Shown piece by piece: positions 19,898 through 29,537 of a stretch of DNA of 64,000 nucleotides (the stretch's first letter is position 1; each line of letters begins with the position of its first letter). The notes beneath the pieces were generated by a model. That model was not told the origin of the DNA. It did not search any database and worked only from the letters and a program-made list of their open reading frames with translations. The stretch is from Candidatus Omnitrophota bacterium (GTDB taxonomy: Bacteria > Omnitrophota > Gorgyraeia > Zapsychrales > JANLHA01), in the NCBI GenBank assembly GCA_023143685.1, contig JAGLHE010000055.1, positions 14,984-78,983 of the forward strand, in the 5' to 3' direction. Position numbers and translations under genes: made by a program.

Positions 19898-21532
19898 TCA
19901 ATAAACTAAATCACATTTAATTTCAAACACCCTTGAAACACCTTGGATATCCGATGAAACTAACGTAGCCTCTTCAAAAAAAGATGAAGACTCTAATTGC
20001 TCCATAAGCACTGTCAAAACCGGCTCCCCAATGCTGGCACTGAAAGGAGCAGCCCCTTTCATCACCACACTATGCTGATCATGGTCAAAAAACAACTCTC
20101 GCAAAACAACGTCTTTGGGAACAATCGTCCCGACAACCTTCAGAAGGCCATTAACAGGAAGGTGGCCAGCCACAATCTTTTCCATGAGGCCTTCACGCAT
20201 AATAATCTTTTGTTTAAGAAATTTAATTTCACCCACAGCTTGCAAATGACGTTTAGCATACTCAAGCCGTGCCCGATAATCCCGTATCTGAAACTCCGTA
20301 ATGAACAATAAAAATAAAAAAATTGCCCCAACCGATACCGCACAGAGCCGCAAAAACACTCTTTGAAATTGCTCAATTCTTTGCGTTTGGATCTCAAAAG
20401 GCAACAGGTTAATTGTGCGTGCACCGCCCATCGCCGCCCCGACGGCATTAACGATTCGGTTCTGATCATCCATCCCAATCTCTAACCCTTTTTGTGGCCG
20501 GGCGTCAATACATGGCGGGAAAAAAAGATACGAAATCCCGATCCCTGTTTCTTTACGCAAATATTTCCCGAGATTTTTTAAGTTAGCTCCTTCTCCCGTG
20601 ATGTAAAGGACCTCTGGACGCCCCTGCCCGAAAGTACTGACAAAATAATCAAAAGAAAAACGTATCTCTCTCACAATAGTTTCTAACACCGGCCTGAGAA
20701 GGGATAGCACATAACTCGCAGGGATCTCTTCTGTCAACCGGGCATTCTCATCTACAGGAATACCAAATTTGTTTTTCAAGTTTTCTGCTTCATCGTACGT
20801 TAAAGAAATTCGCCCCTTTTCTGAAACCAAACTTTCTGTCAACGCTTGTGTCATCCGCTGAGCTGAAACCGGGATTTCACGTGTAAAACAAAGCTTGTTC
20901 TCCACGTAAATACTTAAAACCGTATCTTTGCAATCAATATCTAAAACCGCTGAAATCTCGGGGTTCCCCGGTAAGTCTTTAAATAAATCACTATAATTAA
21001 AAGACGCACTGGTAATGCCAAATGGACTCAGGCCGCATTCGTCAAGAATAGACAAATAAGAATCCACTGTCTGTCTGGCGATAGCAATAAAAACTATTCC
21101 GACCTTCCTGGCGCCATCAGCATCTTCATACTCCCGAACCACATGCCAGTCAATGCAAGCTGTTTCAATATCAAAAGGAGCCTCTTCCTTCAATTTCCAT
21201 TTCGCCGCGCCCAAGAGTTCATCTTTCGGCAAAACAGGAAGTTCCAGATGCTGAACAAACACAAACTCCACATCAGAAATACTCACAACAACTTCTTTTT
21301 CCTGAATATTATTATCCTTAAGAAAACTCTGAATAATTCCTGTCATCACCTTAGAAAGATCTCCGACGTCATCCGGGATTCCCTGAAAGGCATAGGCTAG
21401 TATACGATATCCCTTCGCCGACGACTCCATATGAACAAGCTCAACCGATGAATGATTAAAGTCAATCGACAAAAACCTTGTCATCTTCTTTTGAAAAGGC
21501 TCAATAAATTTAAGAATCGTTTTGTATTTCAT
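19898..21532 (-). CDS. Fused PilM (actin-like ATPase) - PilN type IV pilus assembly protein
   Basis: Actin-like PilM region of about 350 aa, followed by INLLPFE plus a TM and a PilN-like C-terminus. Confidence 0.65.
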   Translation of the reverse strand: MKYKTILKFIEPFQKKMTRFLSIDFNHSSVELVHMESSAKGYRILAYAFQGIPDDVGDLSKVMTGIIQSFLKDNNIQEKEVVVSISDVEFVFVQHLELPVLPKDELLGAAKWKLKEEAPFDIETACIDWHVVREYEDADGARKVGIVFIAIARQTVDSYLSILDECGLSPFGITSASFNYSDLFKDLPGNPEISAVLDIDCKDTVLSIYVENKLCFTREIPVSAQRMTQALTESLVSEKGRISLTYDEAENLKNKFGIPVDENARLTEEIPASYVLSLLRPVLETIVREIRFSFDYFVSTFGQGRPEVLYITGEGANLKNLGKYLRKETGIGISYLFFPPCIDARPQKGLEIGMDDQNRIVNAVGAAMGGARTINLLPFEIQTQRIEQFQRVFLRLCAVSVGAIFLFLLFITEFQIRDYRARLEYAKRHLQAVGEIKFLKQKIIMREGLMEKIVAGHLPVNGLLKVVGTIVPKDVVLRELFFDHDQHSVVMKGAAPFSASIGEPVLTVLMEQLESSSFFEEATLVSSDIQGVSRVFEIKCDLVY

Positions 21533-21541
21533 AATAATTTC

Positions 21542-22099
21542 TTATTGAAACTTTTTAACCGCTACCGACGTGCTCATATCTGCCCGGCCTTCCCAGGCGT
21601 CGTAACTTCCCGTGCCAGTCTGTGCAACCAAATTATTTATTACTATCCTCCGGACATCCTCCGGCACACTGGTGACTGCTCCAGCCCCATCATAAAAAGA
21701 AAATAACTGTGCGCTATCCGTGGACAAACTTACGCCAGCTATTTGATAATACGGAATAAAACTCCACGGGTCACCATCAACCGAACGCTCCAAACGATCC
21801 GTGGCTTGATTTAAACGATATCGGATTGTCTGGCTATCCTGGTTAATAAACTCAACCTGGCTGCCGCTTATCGCCGTAATTTCTTTACTGAAACGCAATC
21901 CTTTCGCCTGGGCATCACCGTCCACAATAATATCCAAAGCATCCGCGGCCAGCATGTCCATATTCAGCTGATTCGGGAGAAACACCGTATTCTGCACCAA
22001 AAAGACCATAATGTAACCTCCTGATACAGAAAGTGTTGCAATAATTGCAATCACCATAACCAGCTCAATCAGTGAAAATCCTCGTTGATTATACCCCAT
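21542..22099 (-). CDS. Minor pilin / pseudopilin (type IV prepilin N-terminus)
   Basis: GFSLIELVMVIAIIA prepilin cleavage/methylation motif. Confidence 0.7.
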   Translation of the reverse strand: MGYNQRGFSLIELVMVIAIIATLSVSGGYIMVFLVQNTVFLPNQLNMDMLAADALDIIVDGDAQAKGLRFSKEITAISGSQVEFINQDSQTIRYRLNQATDRLERSVDGDPWSFIPYYQIAGVSLSTDSAQLFSFYDGAGAVTSVPEDVRRIVINNLVAQTGTGSYDAWEGRADMSTSVAVKKFQ

Positions 22100-22496
22100 A
22101 AGTCACATTCTTGGCAACATAAGTTACTAAACTTACGAGCACAGTTGCACTGCCTGACTTTGTTACCTGGACAGTGATTTGTTTTAACGCCTCAACACTT
22201 GAATCATTGCCAGAAGCATAACTAACCGTTCGCGTGACATCATAATCATAGCTTTGATAATTCGGGAATGAAGCTGTTGTAATATTTGCAAAATCCAGGT
22301 TATCAACTAACTCTATTTCATATTGCGCTAAATAAAGGGCTGCAGTGTAATCCTGGGATAAAAACGCACTCTGTATGTAACGTGCTACCAGCGATGCTAA
22401 AGGCAACGCCACAATCGTGACAATAACGATTGTCATAATCAGCTCGATTAATGTGAACCCTTTTTGTTTACGGCATGATCTCTGTATTAACTTCAT
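22089..22496 (-). CDS. Minor pilin / pseudopilin
   Basis: KGFTLIELIMTIVIV prepilin motif. Confidence 0.7.
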   Translation of the reverse strand: MKLIQRSCRKQKGFTLIELIMTIVIVTIVALPLASLVARYIQSAFLSQDYTAALYLAQYEIELVDNLDFANITTASFPNYQSYDYDVTRTVSYASGNDSSVEALKQITVQVTKSGSATVLVSLVTYVAKNVTYGV

Positions 22497-23256
22497 AATA
22501 ATTTGTAATATTTCCTATTATAGCATTATAATCGGCATGGATTGTATGATAAATACTGGACCCAGCTATTTTCCCTGTGGATTCAACAGAAAAGTTATAA
22601 TTATTCGATGCGGGGAAAACCGTCACATCTTTTATGGAACCGCCGGTCATAACAAACTGCACATTAACAGTTGACCCTGTCATATCTTTATCAAAACGAA
22701 AATAATCAATTGCATATCTTGTCGGGATGATATCAAGTGTAAAATCACTAATATCCGCATCAACAGGAGACGCCAAATTCCCAGTCCAAACATTTTTCCC
22801 ATTAATACGGATCCTGCGTAAAGATGGACTTGTATCCCAGGAAACGATCATACGCTCAATAATAATCGGCTGCGAATTCGTTGCATTCTGAATATAAATT
22901 TCTTCAAGTAAATTATTTTTAGATCCTGTCAAAACAGATGCTGACAGGTCCACCATTAAAAGGCCTGCATCACCACCGCTACTGCTTGCGCCTAAGACAA
23001 AGTAACTATCGTCTATGTTTGTTTGGCCTAAAGAAAAGTATCCATTACCGACTGTATCTTGAAAACGAAAATTATAGATCGCACTCTGAATACCAGCCTG
23101 GGCAAGGTACAAAGCCTTCTTATCAATTTCTTTAACACCTGTTTGAGACAATCTTTGAATAATAAAAGTAGCAACCCCTAAAACAGCGACGGATGCAAAT
23201 ACCATCAGCATAATTGAGGCAACGAGAGTAATTCCTTTTTTATTTGGTAAGATCAT
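22468..23256 (-). CDS. PilX-like minor pilin
   Basis: N-terminal hydrophobic helix KKGITLVASIMLMVF, about 260 aa. Confidence 0.5.
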   Translation of the reverse strand: MILPNKKGITLVASIMLMVFASVAVLGVATFIIQRLSQTGVKEIDKKALYLAQAGIQSAIYNFRFQDTVGNGYFSLGQTNIDDSYFVLGASSSGGDAGLLMVDLSASVLTGSKNNLLEEIYIQNATNSQPIIIERMIVSWDTSPSLRRIRINGKNVWTGNLASPVDADISDFTLDIIPTRYAIDYFRFDKDMTGSTVNVQFVMTGGSIKDVTVFPASNNYNFSVESTGKIAGSSIYHTIHADYNAIIGNITNYYEVNTEIMP

Positions 23257-23404
23257 ATCTTTAAAGAAGCTTCTGCGGGAGATTTTGGCATAATGCCCCT
23301 TTCAGCTATTTGATTCCAGCCGAAAGGGGCATTATACATGAAACACCAACTAATTAACCTAACACACCAGGAATTACGAAAACCCTTTTTAGGCCGGGCT
23401 TGTA

Positions 23405-23800
23405 CTAATTACCTATAAAACCCCCATCTCCAACGGTGTAGGTGTATGTTAGTCCAGTATCTGTGTCCGGACCAGTATAAGTCGTAGCGCCTTGTTTTGT
23501 CCAACCTTCTGTAATCCCCCCTTGTGATAAAATTGTATCAAAACAAGGAGCGCTGGCTGAACATGCGGTTGGTGCGCCTGCATTGCCATCCAGCGTTGCA
23601 GGAAAAGCCTTGTTCTGCGCAAAATAAGTTTGGATCCCGGCACGGACACCACCCACAACACCTTTTTCAGCAGCTGTGTTAGCATCACTTTGCAGGTCAT
23701 AATATCTCGGAATCGCTACCGCAGCCAAGACACCCAGGATCACGATGATCATGATCAATTCGATGAGGGTAAAACCTTTGTTTCTTCTCATCTGCTCCAC
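23405..23800 (-). CDS. Type IV major pilin (PilA-like)
   Basis: KGFTLIELIMIIVILGVLAAVAIP; 131 aa; C-terminal Cys pair. Confidence 0.8.
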   Translation of the reverse strand: MEQMRRNKGFTLIELIMIIVILGVLAAVAIPRYYDLQSDANTAAEKGVVGGVRAGIQTYFAQNKAFPATLDGNAGAPTACSASAPCFDTILSQGGITEGWTKQGATTYTGPDTDTGLTYTYTVGDGGFIGN

Positions 23801-23930
23801 CTCCTTTGTTGGTTAAACATAAACTTTTTACCCAAAATGCCAAAATCTTTTTTTACAGTTTGGATCATTTAAGGCTTCCTCTGATTAATTAAAACTTTTG
23901 CATCCTTCCTCAACAGGTAAAACAAAAATT

Positions 23931-25151
23931 CTATCTCTTAAACAAGCTCATCAAATCCCACATCGGCAAAAAGATTCCTAATGCCACAAACAAAACAATT
24001 CCGCCAAGGACAAAAACTAAAATCGGTTCAATCAAAGACACCAAATTATTAATCGTATGGTCTGCCTGGGAATCATAATAGTCCGCAATATGAAGCAACA
24101 ACTCATCCAGCTTGCCTGTCTCTTCTCCAACCGCGACCATCTGCGTGACAACCGGTGAAAACAATTCACTCTGCTGGATCGGGGCCAGCATTCCGCTTCC
24201 TTCATTCACACTTTCTTTAATATCCTCAATCGCGCGCGCAACAATAATATTGCCAACACTTTCTTTAACAATACCAAGGATCTGCAAAATCGGCACACCA
24301 CTGTGCATCAATGTTCCTGTAACACGACAGAACCTTGACATAGTTAACTTTAAAAAGAGCGGGCCGAAAATTGGTATTTTTAATTTTAACCTATCCCAAA
24401 TGATTTGTCCTCTATTTGTTTGAATAATTTTATGCGCCAAAAAAATAATGCCAGCAACAGCCAGGGCCAATAACCACCAATAATTTCGAACAAGATAATT
24501 CGTCCCCAACAACACACGCGTCGGGAAAGGCAACTCAGTGGTAAACTGGTCATACAGATTTGAAAACTTGGGGACAACAAACGTCACCAACCCCAAAAAG
24601 CCAAGGACAAGAGACACGACGACAAGAAGAGGATAACGCATCGCCCCCTCTATGCGCATACGGATAACTTCGTCATGCTCCCCTAACTTTGCCAGCCGCT
24701 CTAAGGTTTCTGGCAGACGGCCGGAAACTTCACCAGACTCAAGCATATTCACATACATCCGGTTAAAAACTCCAGGATGCCGGCCAAAGGCTGTTGAAAG
24801 ATTTGATCCTGCCTCAATATCCCGGGAAATCTGGCCTAAAACATCTCTCAAAACAACATTCGTTGCCTGGTCTTTAAGTGCACGCAAACTTGCAAGAATC
24901 GGCAAACCAGCTTTTTGTAACGCAAAAAGCTGACGGGTAAACATATTAACATCCTGAAAGCGCACCCTTTTAAACTTATCTATAAGCTTCGCGCTAGGCA
25001 GTTCTGTTTCCCTTTGCTCATTAATCGCAATAGGCAAATACGCCATCTGTTCCAATTTAGACGCAACCGCATCCCTGGAATCAGCACCCATAACCCCTTC
25101 AACCAATTTTCCAAATTTGTCTCGAGCTTTATAACGATAGGTCGTAGCCAT
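23931..25151 (-). CDS. pilC: Type IV pilus inner-membrane platform protein PilC (GspF family)
   Basis: Two GspF repeats, about 406 aa from the internal Met MATTYRYKARD. Confidence 0.8.
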   Translation of the reverse strand: MATTYRYKARDKFGKLVEGVMGADSRDAVASKLEQMAYLPIAINEQRETELPSAKLIDKFKRVRFQDVNMFTRQLFALQKAGLPILASLRALKDQATNVVLRDVLGQISRDIEAGSNLSTAFGRHPGVFNRMYVNMLESGEVSGRLPETLERLAKLGEHDEVIRMRIEGAMRYPLLVVVSLVLGFLGLVTFVVPKFSNLYDQFTTELPFPTRVLLGTNYLVRNYWWLLALAVAGIIFLAHKIIQTNRGQIIWDRLKLKIPIFGPLFLKLTMSRFCRVTGTLMHSGVPILQILGIVKESVGNIIVARAIEDIKESVNEGSGMLAPIQQSELFSPVVTQMVAVGEETGKLDELLLHIADYYDSQADHTINNLVSLIEPILVFVLGGIVLFVALGIFLPMWDLMSLFKR

Positions 25152-25188
25152 AAATCGCATTTTGCATTTTGCATTTCGCAAAAGCAAA

Positions 25189-26871
25189 CTATTCCACCTC
25201 TGTAACGCGCACCACCTCTTCAATCGTGGTAATGCCCTCTTTTGCCTTAAGAAGGCCATCTTCACGCAGTGTTTTCAAACCCTTTTCCCTGGTATATCTC
25301 TTTATTTCATCCACAGACTTTCGTTCATCAACCATCTTGCGAATTTCTTCATCAATCGTTAAAATTTCAAAAATCCCTGTCCGGCCTAAATATCCTGTTT
25401 GATGACATTCCTTGCACCCTTTTCCACGATAAAATGTCGTTCCATTCTCAATCCCTAATTCCCTAAATGCCTCCTCCGACAGAGCCTCTTTATCCCTACA
25501 CTTCGGACAAATCACCCGCACTAACCGTTGCGCTACGACACCGACAATCGCACTCGAAATCAAGAACGGTTCTACACCCATATCTATCAATCTCGTTAAC
25601 GCCGACGGAGCATCATTTGTGTGCAATGTTGAGAAGACCAAGTGGCCTGTTAGTGCCGCCTGAATAGAGACATCCGCTGTTTCTTTATCCCGGATTTCCC
25701 CGACCATAATAATATCCGGATCTTGTCGCAAAATACTGCGCAACCCCTTTGCAAACGTAATATCAGCTTTTGGATTAATCTGCGTCTGACGAATCAACGG
25801 CAACTCGTATTCCACGGGATCTTCAATTGTAATAATGTTCTTTTCAATTGAGCTGATCGTCGTTAAGGCCGCATAAAGGCTGGATGTCTTTCCGCTTCCC
25901 GTCGGCCCTGTTATCAAAATAATTCCATTTGTCCGACGGATCAACTTATCAAACACTTCCAAATCCTGCCCGACAAAACCTGTTTCTTTCAACCCCAAAA
26001 CAACTGATGAGCGGTCCAGCAAACGCATCACAACATTTTCTCCATGGATTGTCGGAAATGTTGAAACACGCACATCCAGATCTTTATTTTCAATCTTCAA
26101 ACGGAATCGGCCGTCTTGCGCTTTACGGCTTTCCGCAATATCCAATTTTGACAGAATTTTAATACGAGAAATAACGGCCCCTTGCAGCCTTTTTGGCAAA
26201 ACCGTTATTTCGTGAAGCAACCCATCAATCCGGTTACGGACACGCACACCTTCTTCCTCGGGTTCAATATGAATATCCGAGACCCGATCCTTAACCGCTT
26301 GCGACACAATCGTGTTAACTAATTTAATAACCGGGGCTTCTTCTGCGACCTCAACCAGGCTATCCACTCTCCCTGCAATCTCTTTATCAATCGACTGAAC
26401 AATATCTTCAATCGTTCCACCCCCCCGATAAAAAGTGTCTAAAATTCTTTGAATCCCTTTCTCTGAAACCGCTACCGGCTCAACCATCTCCATCTTACTG
26501 ATTCGACGGATATGATCCACGGCGACAATATCCTGCGGATCAAGCATTCCGATTGTCAAACTGCTCCCTATCTTAAAAAGTGGAACAACCTTATATTTTT
26601 TAACAACATTCTCAGTGATAAGCTTTGTGATTTCCGGATCAATAGCATAATCCGTTAAATCGACATAAGGAAGCCCAAGCGCAATGGCCTGGGCTCTAAC
26701 AATGTCTTCTGAAACAATAAATCCAAGTTTTTCCAAAGCCTTTTCAATACTAAGGCCTGTCCGCATGGCCTCTTGTCTGGCTTTTTCCAGGACCTCTTGA
26801 TTAACAAGGCCTTCCTTAAGCAGAAGGTCAATGATCTCTCTTTGCCGACGGACAATATTTTGTTTTTCCAT
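25189..26871 (-). CDS. pilB: Type IV pilus assembly ATPase PilB (GspE family)
   Basis: Walker A GPTGSGKT, Asp box, His box, tetracysteine CPKC...CKEC; N-terminal GspII domain. Confidence 0.85.
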   Translation of the reverse strand: MEKQNIVRRQREIIDLLLKEGLVNQEVLEKARQEAMRTGLSIEKALEKLGFIVSEDIVRAQAIALGLPYVDLTDYAIDPEITKLITENVVKKYKVVPLFKIGSSLTIGMLDPQDIVAVDHIRRISKMEMVEPVAVSEKGIQRILDTFYRGGGTIEDIVQSIDKEIAGRVDSLVEVAEEAPVIKLVNTIVSQAVKDRVSDIHIEPEEEGVRVRNRIDGLLHEITVLPKRLQGAVISRIKILSKLDIAESRKAQDGRFRLKIENKDLDVRVSTFPTIHGENVVMRLLDRSSVVLGLKETGFVGQDLEVFDKLIRRTNGIILITGPTGSGKTSSLYAALTTISSIEKNIITIEDPVEYELPLIRQTQINPKADITFAKGLRSILRQDPDIIMVGEIRDKETADVSIQAALTGHLVFSTLHTNDAPSALTRLIDMGVEPFLISSAIVGVVAQRLVRVICPKCRDKEALSEEAFRELGIENGTTFYRGKGCKECHQTGYLGRTGIFEILTIDEEIRKMVDERKSVDEIKRYTREKGLKTLREDGLLKAKEGITTIEEVVRVTEVE

Positions 26872-26965
26872 ATCCCCCACCCCGTTTCGCATCACACGTT
26901 GTTATACTGCAACTCCGAATTCAGGCCGCGTAGCGACACAACAACAAAATACTATTCACGAAATA

Positions 26966-27340
26966 CTAACTTTTATTAATCAACTCTTTCACTTTTCCCA
27001 TCAATATTTCCGGGTCAAATGGTTTCGTGATATATGCATCCGCGCCGACTTCATACCCGAGTTTTCGATCTTGCTCCTGGACGCGAGCCGTAAACATAAT
27101 AATCGGAATATCTTTATATTTCTCGTCAAACTTGAGCATCCGGCAGACCATATATCCATGCATTTTCGGCAACATAAGATCAAGAATAATTAAATCCACC
27201 GATTCACCGCGCGCCTTATCCAAAGCAACCTGGCCATCCGTCGCTGTTACGACCTCATACCCCCTGGCCTCAAGCTGCATCTTGACCGCGTAGACCATAT
27301 CCTCTTCATCGTCGACTAAAAGAATTTTTTTCTTACTCAT
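26966..27340 (-). CDS. Single-domain response regulator (receiver)
   Basis: ILLVDDEEDM, DLIILDLMLPKMHG, ITKP motifs; 124 aa; overlaps the upstream kinase gene. Confidence 0.8.
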   Translation of the reverse strand: MSKKKILLVDDEEDMVYAVKMQLEARGYEVVTATDGQVALDKARGESVDLIILDLMLPKMHGYMVCRMLKFDEKYKDIPIIMFTARVQEQDRKLGYEVGADAYITKPFDPEILMGKVKELINKS

Positions 27341-29483
27341 AATACAATTTCAATTCTTCCGAAAGAAGTTTTTGATCCTTTTTTGATATTTTTGTAAATT
27401 CAATACCCATTCGATACCGCGGCATCGTCTCTCCGGGAGGTATTCCCAAGTCTTTAATCCATGCCATACGCCCTGCTGCTTGAATAATCTCCCTTTTTTT
27501 AATAAGCTCAATTTTCACTTTGAATATCTCATCCGTTTTTATCGGGACATGACTATCAAAACAAGAACCATTTTCCGAAAGATCAACTGTCTGACATAAA
27601 CGACTTGCCTTATCCGGATATATCGCTTCCAGGGCGGTATTATACTTAATTCTTTTACTACGTCGTATTTCTGAGCCAATATAAATCTCTTTAATATTAA
27701 GATTTGTCCTGGATCCTGCGTTGTCCTGAGGATAATCATTCACCGAATATGCCATCATTCCCAATGCAATAAAAACATCATCAATATTATTTTGCAAAAA
27801 ATAAAATTTTGTTTTATCCCGCACACATTCACAAAAGTCGGACATAACCCTGGCCTTAACGCCGGAAAATATAACGCTGTACTTCCCTTGTTGAATCTCT
27901 GCAATCTCAATTTGATTGTCTTCCCTCATGTGTTCATGAAAAATTTCCTGATGCGCTTCATCCATAATCCGCCTGAGCTGGCCATAAAAATCCTTTGGCT
28001 TCACATCCACCTTTTTCTTAAACTCGTCGTAATTGACAATCATAAGATTAACCAAAAACACCGACTTATCTAATGCCAGAAACTCATTAATCCTTTCCTG
28101 AGTTGCTTCCGGGACAACCGTGGCTGTGTAGAATCTAAAAAGCGTAAAATAAATTTTTGTCCCTACCCCGGCTTCGGACTCAGCCCAAATCTCTCCGCCA
28201 TGCTGCTCAACCAACTCTTTAACAATAGCAAGGCCTAACCCTAATCCCTTTTTGCGGTCTTCACTTTTTTTCCCTACCTGGACAAATTTATTGAAAATCT
28301 TCGGCAAGTCTTCTTCCGAAATCCCCATACCCGTATCAATCACACCCACGCGCACCTTTGACTGCAAGACCTCCAGCTGAACCTTAATAGATCCATTTTC
28401 TCCTGTAAACTTGATCGCATTCGTAACAAGGTTAGTAATAACCTGAACGATTCTTTCCGCATCCACAAAGATCGTGATGGCATGTTTAGGCAATTGATAC
28501 GTAATTTTAATATTTTTCTCAGCAGCCTGTTTTTTAAAATAAGTTCTCGTCTCCTTCAAAAGGGCACTAAGATTAACTAACGAATATTGCAATTTAAGCG
28601 TTTCACGTTCAATACGCGAGGCATCCAGAAGCTTATCAATAATCCCTGTCAAACGGTCAATTTGAGAGCGAACCTTAACAACAATTTCTCTTTGTTTGTC
28701 ATTGATCGGCCCTGGAATCTCATCATAAATCAACAAAAACAATTGTTTCATAACAGCTAACGGTGTACGCAACTCATGCGAAACAGCCGATATGAATTCC
28801 GACTTCATTTCATTGGAACTGTCTTCCTCCAAAGATTCTATTTGACGTTCAACTTCCGCGCGCTTCTCACGCGCCTGCTCCGCCTTAAGACGCTTTGTCA
28901 CATCCCGGGTTACACAAATCATACCAATAATTTTCCCACTCTTATTATAATGTGGGACTTTGGTTGTAGAAACAAAGTTATCCTGGCCATCCGGCCGCGT
29001 AGCGCGTTCAATTTTATCAATAATCGAATACCCTGTCTGCATAACAAAATTATCATCTTCCGTCATTCGCTCCGCGCGATCTTTCGGGAAGAAATCAAAA
29101 TCCGTTTTCCCGATAATTTGCGCTGGCTTTAATTTAAGTCCCTTCGCGTAGGCCTTGTTAACCAGCACAAACTGCCCCTTGAGGTTTTTAAAATAAACGA
29201 CGTCGGGAACCTGATCCATAAAGTCCGTGAACAGTTCAAGGCCTTGCGGCACAACAGGTAAAATTTTTGCAATTGATTTTGTTTTAATAGCCCCGGAAGG
29301 AACTTTTGCTTTTGATTTGAGGCTTATCCTGGATTTTGTAGAAGTTTTTATGACTGCTTTCTTCTTTTTCATAGCGGAAACCTTACAAAAATCCTTTAGA
29401 AATCGTGGCTTATTTTCGAAAAATTTAATACAATATTTATTATTAGTAAAATTTATATTCGGGGATGATATTCGTGCTGTCAA
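27333..29483 (-). CDS. PAS-histidine kinase with a C-terminal degenerate GGDEF-like region and a PilZ domain
   Basis: PAS (VLVNKAY...), H-box SHELRTPL, G-boxes DTGMGI/GLGLGLAIV; C-terminus RRSKR...DLSENGSCF, a PilZ-like RxxxR / DxSxxG signature. Confidence 0.65.
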   Translation of the reverse strand: MTARISSPNINFTNNKYCIKFFENKPRFLKDFCKVSAMKKKKAVIKTSTKSRISLKSKAKVPSGAIKTKSIAKILPVVPQGLELFTDFMDQVPDVVYFKNLKGQFVLVNKAYAKGLKLKPAQIIGKTDFDFFPKDRAERMTEDDNFVMQTGYSIIDKIERATRPDGQDNFVSTTKVPHYNKSGKIIGMICVTRDVTKRLKAEQAREKRAEVERQIESLEEDSSNEMKSEFISAVSHELRTPLAVMKQLFLLIYDEIPGPINDKQREIVVKVRSQIDRLTGIIDKLLDASRIERETLKLQYSLVNLSALLKETRTYFKKQAAEKNIKITYQLPKHAITIFVDAERIVQVITNLVTNAIKFTGENGSIKVQLEVLQSKVRVGVIDTGMGISEEDLPKIFNKFVQVGKKSEDRKKGLGLGLAIVKELVEQHGGEIWAESEAGVGTKIYFTLFRFYTATVVPEATQERINEFLALDKSVFLVNLMIVNYDEFKKKVDVKPKDFYGQLRRIMDEAHQEIFHEHMREDNQIEIAEIQQGKYSVIFSGVKARVMSDFCECVRDKTKFYFLQNNIDDVFIALGMMAYSVNDYPQDNAGSRTNLNIKEIYIGSEIRRSKRIKYNTALEAIYPDKASRLCQTVDLSENGSCFDSHVPIKTDEIFKVKIELIKKREIIQAAGRMAWIKDLGIPPGETMPRYRMGIEFTKISKKDQKLLSEELKLYYE

Positions 29484-29537
29484 GGTAAAGTTAAGTAAAA
29501 AATGGCATAACTCTATTCTTTCATTGCGAAAATTCTT

